The position numbers were made by a program, and so were the translations under genes. Positions 50,874 to 54,216 of a DNA stretch of 54,216 nt are shown piece after piece; position 1 is the stretch's first letter, and the number at the start of each line of letters is the position of its first letter. The stretch is taken from contig MU619391.1 of NCBI GenBank assembly GCA_025201805.1, positions 2,677-56,892 of the forward strand. Reading direction: 5' to 3'. Under the pieces are notes generated by a model that saw only the letters and a program-made list of their open reading frames with translations, ran no database searches and was not told the origin of the DNA. Origin of the DNA: Parasitella parasitica NRRL 2501 (taxonomy: Eukaryota > Fungi > Mucoromycota).

Positions 50874-51998
50874 GAGCAGATATTGATGATCTATAAAGTA
50901 AAATTCACGAGCATGAGGCAACAATACACCGTTTACGAGCAAAAATTCAGGAAGGCGAAATCAAACAACGTAAATTAAATTACTGAGCCAAATACTTTCA
51001 CACTCATGTTCAAATAAATAAATATGTGTATGTTTATGTATGTAAATGTTTTGTGATTACTTTTGAAATGGATATAAAAAAACGTGTATTTCTTTTTCTT
51101 CTTTTTGACATCAGTATTCACGGCAGGCTTCTCTTCGCTCAATAACGTCTCAGCTTATTTACCTAAGCTGATTCAAATAATATTCCATTATAACTAATTT
51201 CCAAACTCGTACATCAAGTTCGTTCGCCTACATCATTTCGACACCTTCTTCATCTCTTTATCCTCCTTTTCCGTCCAGTCCTTAAATACTACTCGGTTGA
51301 AATTGCTCATTTAAAATACTAAAACGACAAGTAAAATCTTTAAATGCGACTTGTTGATATGGGAAGACCCATATCCTTCAAGAGCAAGGCATTACCAATA
51401 TCAAATTTGGCTTTGTTAGAAATGTGAGTGATAGATAGTTATTCCTGTACCTGTATAAACTCGCCGTGTTACTTTTATTGATATCCTCAACATTACCGAC
51501 AAAATTTTGTGTACTATTTCCGTTAACGACTTTATTTTGGCAGAATTATGAACGTGAAGCTTTATAAGCTTATGAGACAAGCACTAGATTAATCACAATG
51601 CATTATTTTTAAAAGTCGTGCTGAATATTTGGGGATAATGCTCAGGGCGCATGTACATTGAAAGCAATGTTGCGTTGCATAGAAAGTTACAATGTTGATT
51701 CAAAACGAGCCAATCTATCCTCTTGTTTTTTAAATACCAGTAACCTGTCTTCTGCCTCCTTTTGTCACATGAATAAAAAAGAAAAAACAATTGTCTAACA
51801 ACTATATCTTTTTCTTTTTCTTTTTCGAGTCTTAGACCTTTTCATTTTTTTTGTATAATAGATTATCAATAGATTTCATACGTACTCCAAAAAGAGAAGC
51901 AAGACGGTTGATATACTATTTCTTGTTATATTACATCAAACAAGTTTCTTTTTTTTTTTTTTTTTTTTCTCGAGGTACTTTAAATTCTAAAATTCATT

Positions 51999-53664
51999 AT
52001 GGCGAAACAACAATCAAGCTCTGTGCCTGCCACCAAAGAAACCAACAAACTTGAAGACAACAAAACAATTCTCGATGAACCTTTATGTAAGTGTAATGGG
52101 AGGAAGACTGTATATTTTTAATGGGCTGGCTGGCTGCCCAACATGGGGTTTCTTAAACATAAGGGGAGAGCAAAATGTAAACACGTCGGGGGGTTTGGGC
52201 TTGTCAACTCAACCATCATCCACTATTCTAGTTCATCCACACACTTTAACCGCCTTGATCGTCCTATTGGTGTTGATGTTTTACGCTGCCACTAGATCAA
52301 ATTATGAGAATACAGCAGACAGTATCAAATTGGGGCTATTAGCTTCTGTAGCTTGCTTTGTGTTTATTGGCATGCTCCATTTCCCGGATGGTCCATTTGT
52401 TCGTCCCAGCAAGCCTATCTGGAGAGCCGTGCTTAGTCTAAGTGTACTCTACCAATTATTCTTGGTCTTCCTATTGTTTATGGTAAGCTAGAATACTAAA
52501 CTGTCATCTGCTTGTAGTCATCTAATCACGATGTAAATTGTACACAAGAACAAAGATGATGCTCGCAAGTTCATGGTTTACTACGACCCAAGTCTAGGTA
52601 TTAAACTGCCTGAAAGGTCTTATGCTGATGCTTGTGCTTTGACCTGGGAAAATATTACAGTAAGTTATGGATTTCCTTGACATGAGTGGGTGTGTACTGA
52701 ATGTTGATTCAGAACCAAATGGATATTTTTGTTGTCGCACATGCTCTCGGCTGGTTTGGGAAAGCTTTGATCCTAAGAGACTATTGGTTTTGTTGGATCA
52801 TTTCAATTGCGTTTGAATTGTGCGAATACTCTTTGGAGCACCAGCTAAACAACTTTGCTGAATGTTGGTGGGACCATGTGAGTTTTGTTTGAATAATGGC
52901 AAATGAGTGCGGTTACTTACTAGCGTAAGCGATAGTGGATCTTGGATGTGTTGGTGTGTAACTGGCTTGGCATTGAGGCTGGCATGAAGTTCTGTCAATA
53001 CTTCTCGGTCAAGGTAAATAACGCAAAGCAACCATATTCTGAAAGTCTTTGTATTAACATGTTGATTTAGCAATACTCTTGGGTTGGATTTAGACAAATT
53101 AAATCATTCAAAGGTAAAGCTAAACGTGCCGTTCAACAATTTACTCCTCGCGAATGGACACGTTATGAATGGAAGACAACTAGCTCACCTAAAAATTATT
53201 TTGGCACTGTCCTTTTATTGCTCGTTGTAAGTAAAACCGGTGCTCTCACAATTCTAGTGCTGTTTGTTGATTTTCTGGATTAGTTTTTATTATGCGAATT
53301 GAATTGCTTCTATCTCAAATATCTCCTTTGGGTTCCCCCAGAACATCCTATCAATACCTATCGTTTAATTCTCATCTTTTTCCTAGCACTTCCAGGAGCC
53401 AGAGAGGCTTACCAATACATTTCTGACAACACCACAGTTCGTATGGGTGCCCATGCTTGGTTACTTGTTTTCAACATTTTGACAGAAACCTTGATCTGCT
53501 TAAAATTTGCTGAAAATGAATTCCATGCTACTGCCCCCTTGGTTGTTAAGATCGGCTGGTCTGCTGCATTAGCAATTTTGTTCATCATTTTCCCCTTGTG
53601 GAGATTTGTTATCAATCCTGTAAACAAGAATGAAGGCGAAAATACTATAAAAAAGAACGACTAA
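51999..53664 (+). CDS. Phosphatidylserine synthase, base-exchange type (PTDSS1/2 family); 7 exons
   Basis: [98 protein letters not shown]. Confidence 0.95.
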
Positions 53665-54100
53665 ATACTTGCTACTCTCAATACTAAAATATTTGTGCTT
53701 GTTATATAGTAGTTTTCAAAGCAAAAAGTTATAATAAATAATTTCCAATTGCTGATAATAATAAATTTTATTACAGGTTCATGATTGATTGAGCATTTTA
53801 TATTATGTTAGCAATAGCTTGCTCACAGAGCGTGCTAGGTCAACTTTGAATAAAGGTTGATTTTCACCACAGAAAAGCCGAAGTGATAAGTTAGAAAGCT
53901 ACACAATCAGTATTTGACAAAATAGGCCCTTTCGATAACAACTTTATCTAAACTACCCTTCATCTCCTTTAAATTCATGAAGTCTCGTCTCTGCATATTT
54001 ACTTTAAAATAGATTTTGAATAATGACTCTCGTGAAAGTGCCTTTAAGGCTTGTTTAAGAAATCAGTCCATAGTCAATTAGTTGCTCTGTTATTAATAGA

Positions 54101-54216
54101 TTAGAGCATCTCCAACGGAGATGCTAAACAAAAAGCCATTTAAAGCACAACCCGGAAATGTTTTGTCTGCTTTTTTGGTAATTGTCTCTGCTTGCTTATT
54201 GTTGCTTTGCTTTTTT
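54101..54216 (+). mobile_element. Possible left end of a PIF/Harbinger (Tourist-like) element, truncated by the window edge
   Basis: TTA followed by GAGCATCTCCAAC, a terminus pattern familiar from Tourist-like MITEs with TTA/TAA target sites; the partner end is not in the window. Confidence 0.35.

Larger units (their letters stand above)
47873..51369. mobile_element. Mutator-like (MULE) DNA transposon, ~3.5 kb, with ~280 bp terminal inverted repeats; non-autonomous deletion derivative
   Basis: Left end GGTCTTTCCATATCAAAAAGTCGCATTT... (47873 to ~48150) is the reverse complement of ~51075-51369 (...AAATGCGACTTGTTGATATGGGAAGACC); internal SWIM-type transposase remnants; no clear target-site duplication. 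Confidence 0.88.

Overview
Eukaryotic, intron-rich (short GT-AG introns, mostly about 50-150 nt), AT-rich fungal genomic DNA. The gene set and protein style suggest Mucorales/Mucoromycota (inference). About 22 host protein-coding genes can be supported: Rieske Fe-S protein, YTP1-like membrane protein, Yap1/Pap1-like bZIP, enoyl-CoA isomerase-like crotonase, VTC4, MtfA-like C2H2 factor, P2-type ATPase, HSL-family esterase, LSM4, HSF-type factor, MFS protein, MIC60, G6PD, tandem-PAS protein, several small orphan ORFs, RPL39, RPS26, THP3/LENG8-like protein and an animal/plant-type phosphatidylserine synthase. The most notable accessory features are not visible in the ORF track. (1) A 3.5 kb long-TIR Mutator-like element (47873-51369) whose transposase has apparently lost its DDE core but which carries a divergently oriented, three-exon RRM-like gene. 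(2) A frameshifted Fanzor/TnpB-like RuvC relic at about 13.4-14.04 kb. (3) A dispersed ~400 bp repeat (1478-1885 and 28255-28645) plus other transposon debris. Three N-gaps (about 10130-10187, 13533-13597, 23216-23225) sit in homopolymer tracts. No tRNA, rRNA or CRISPR array was seen. All family assignments come from recognising motifs by eye; no database search was run.
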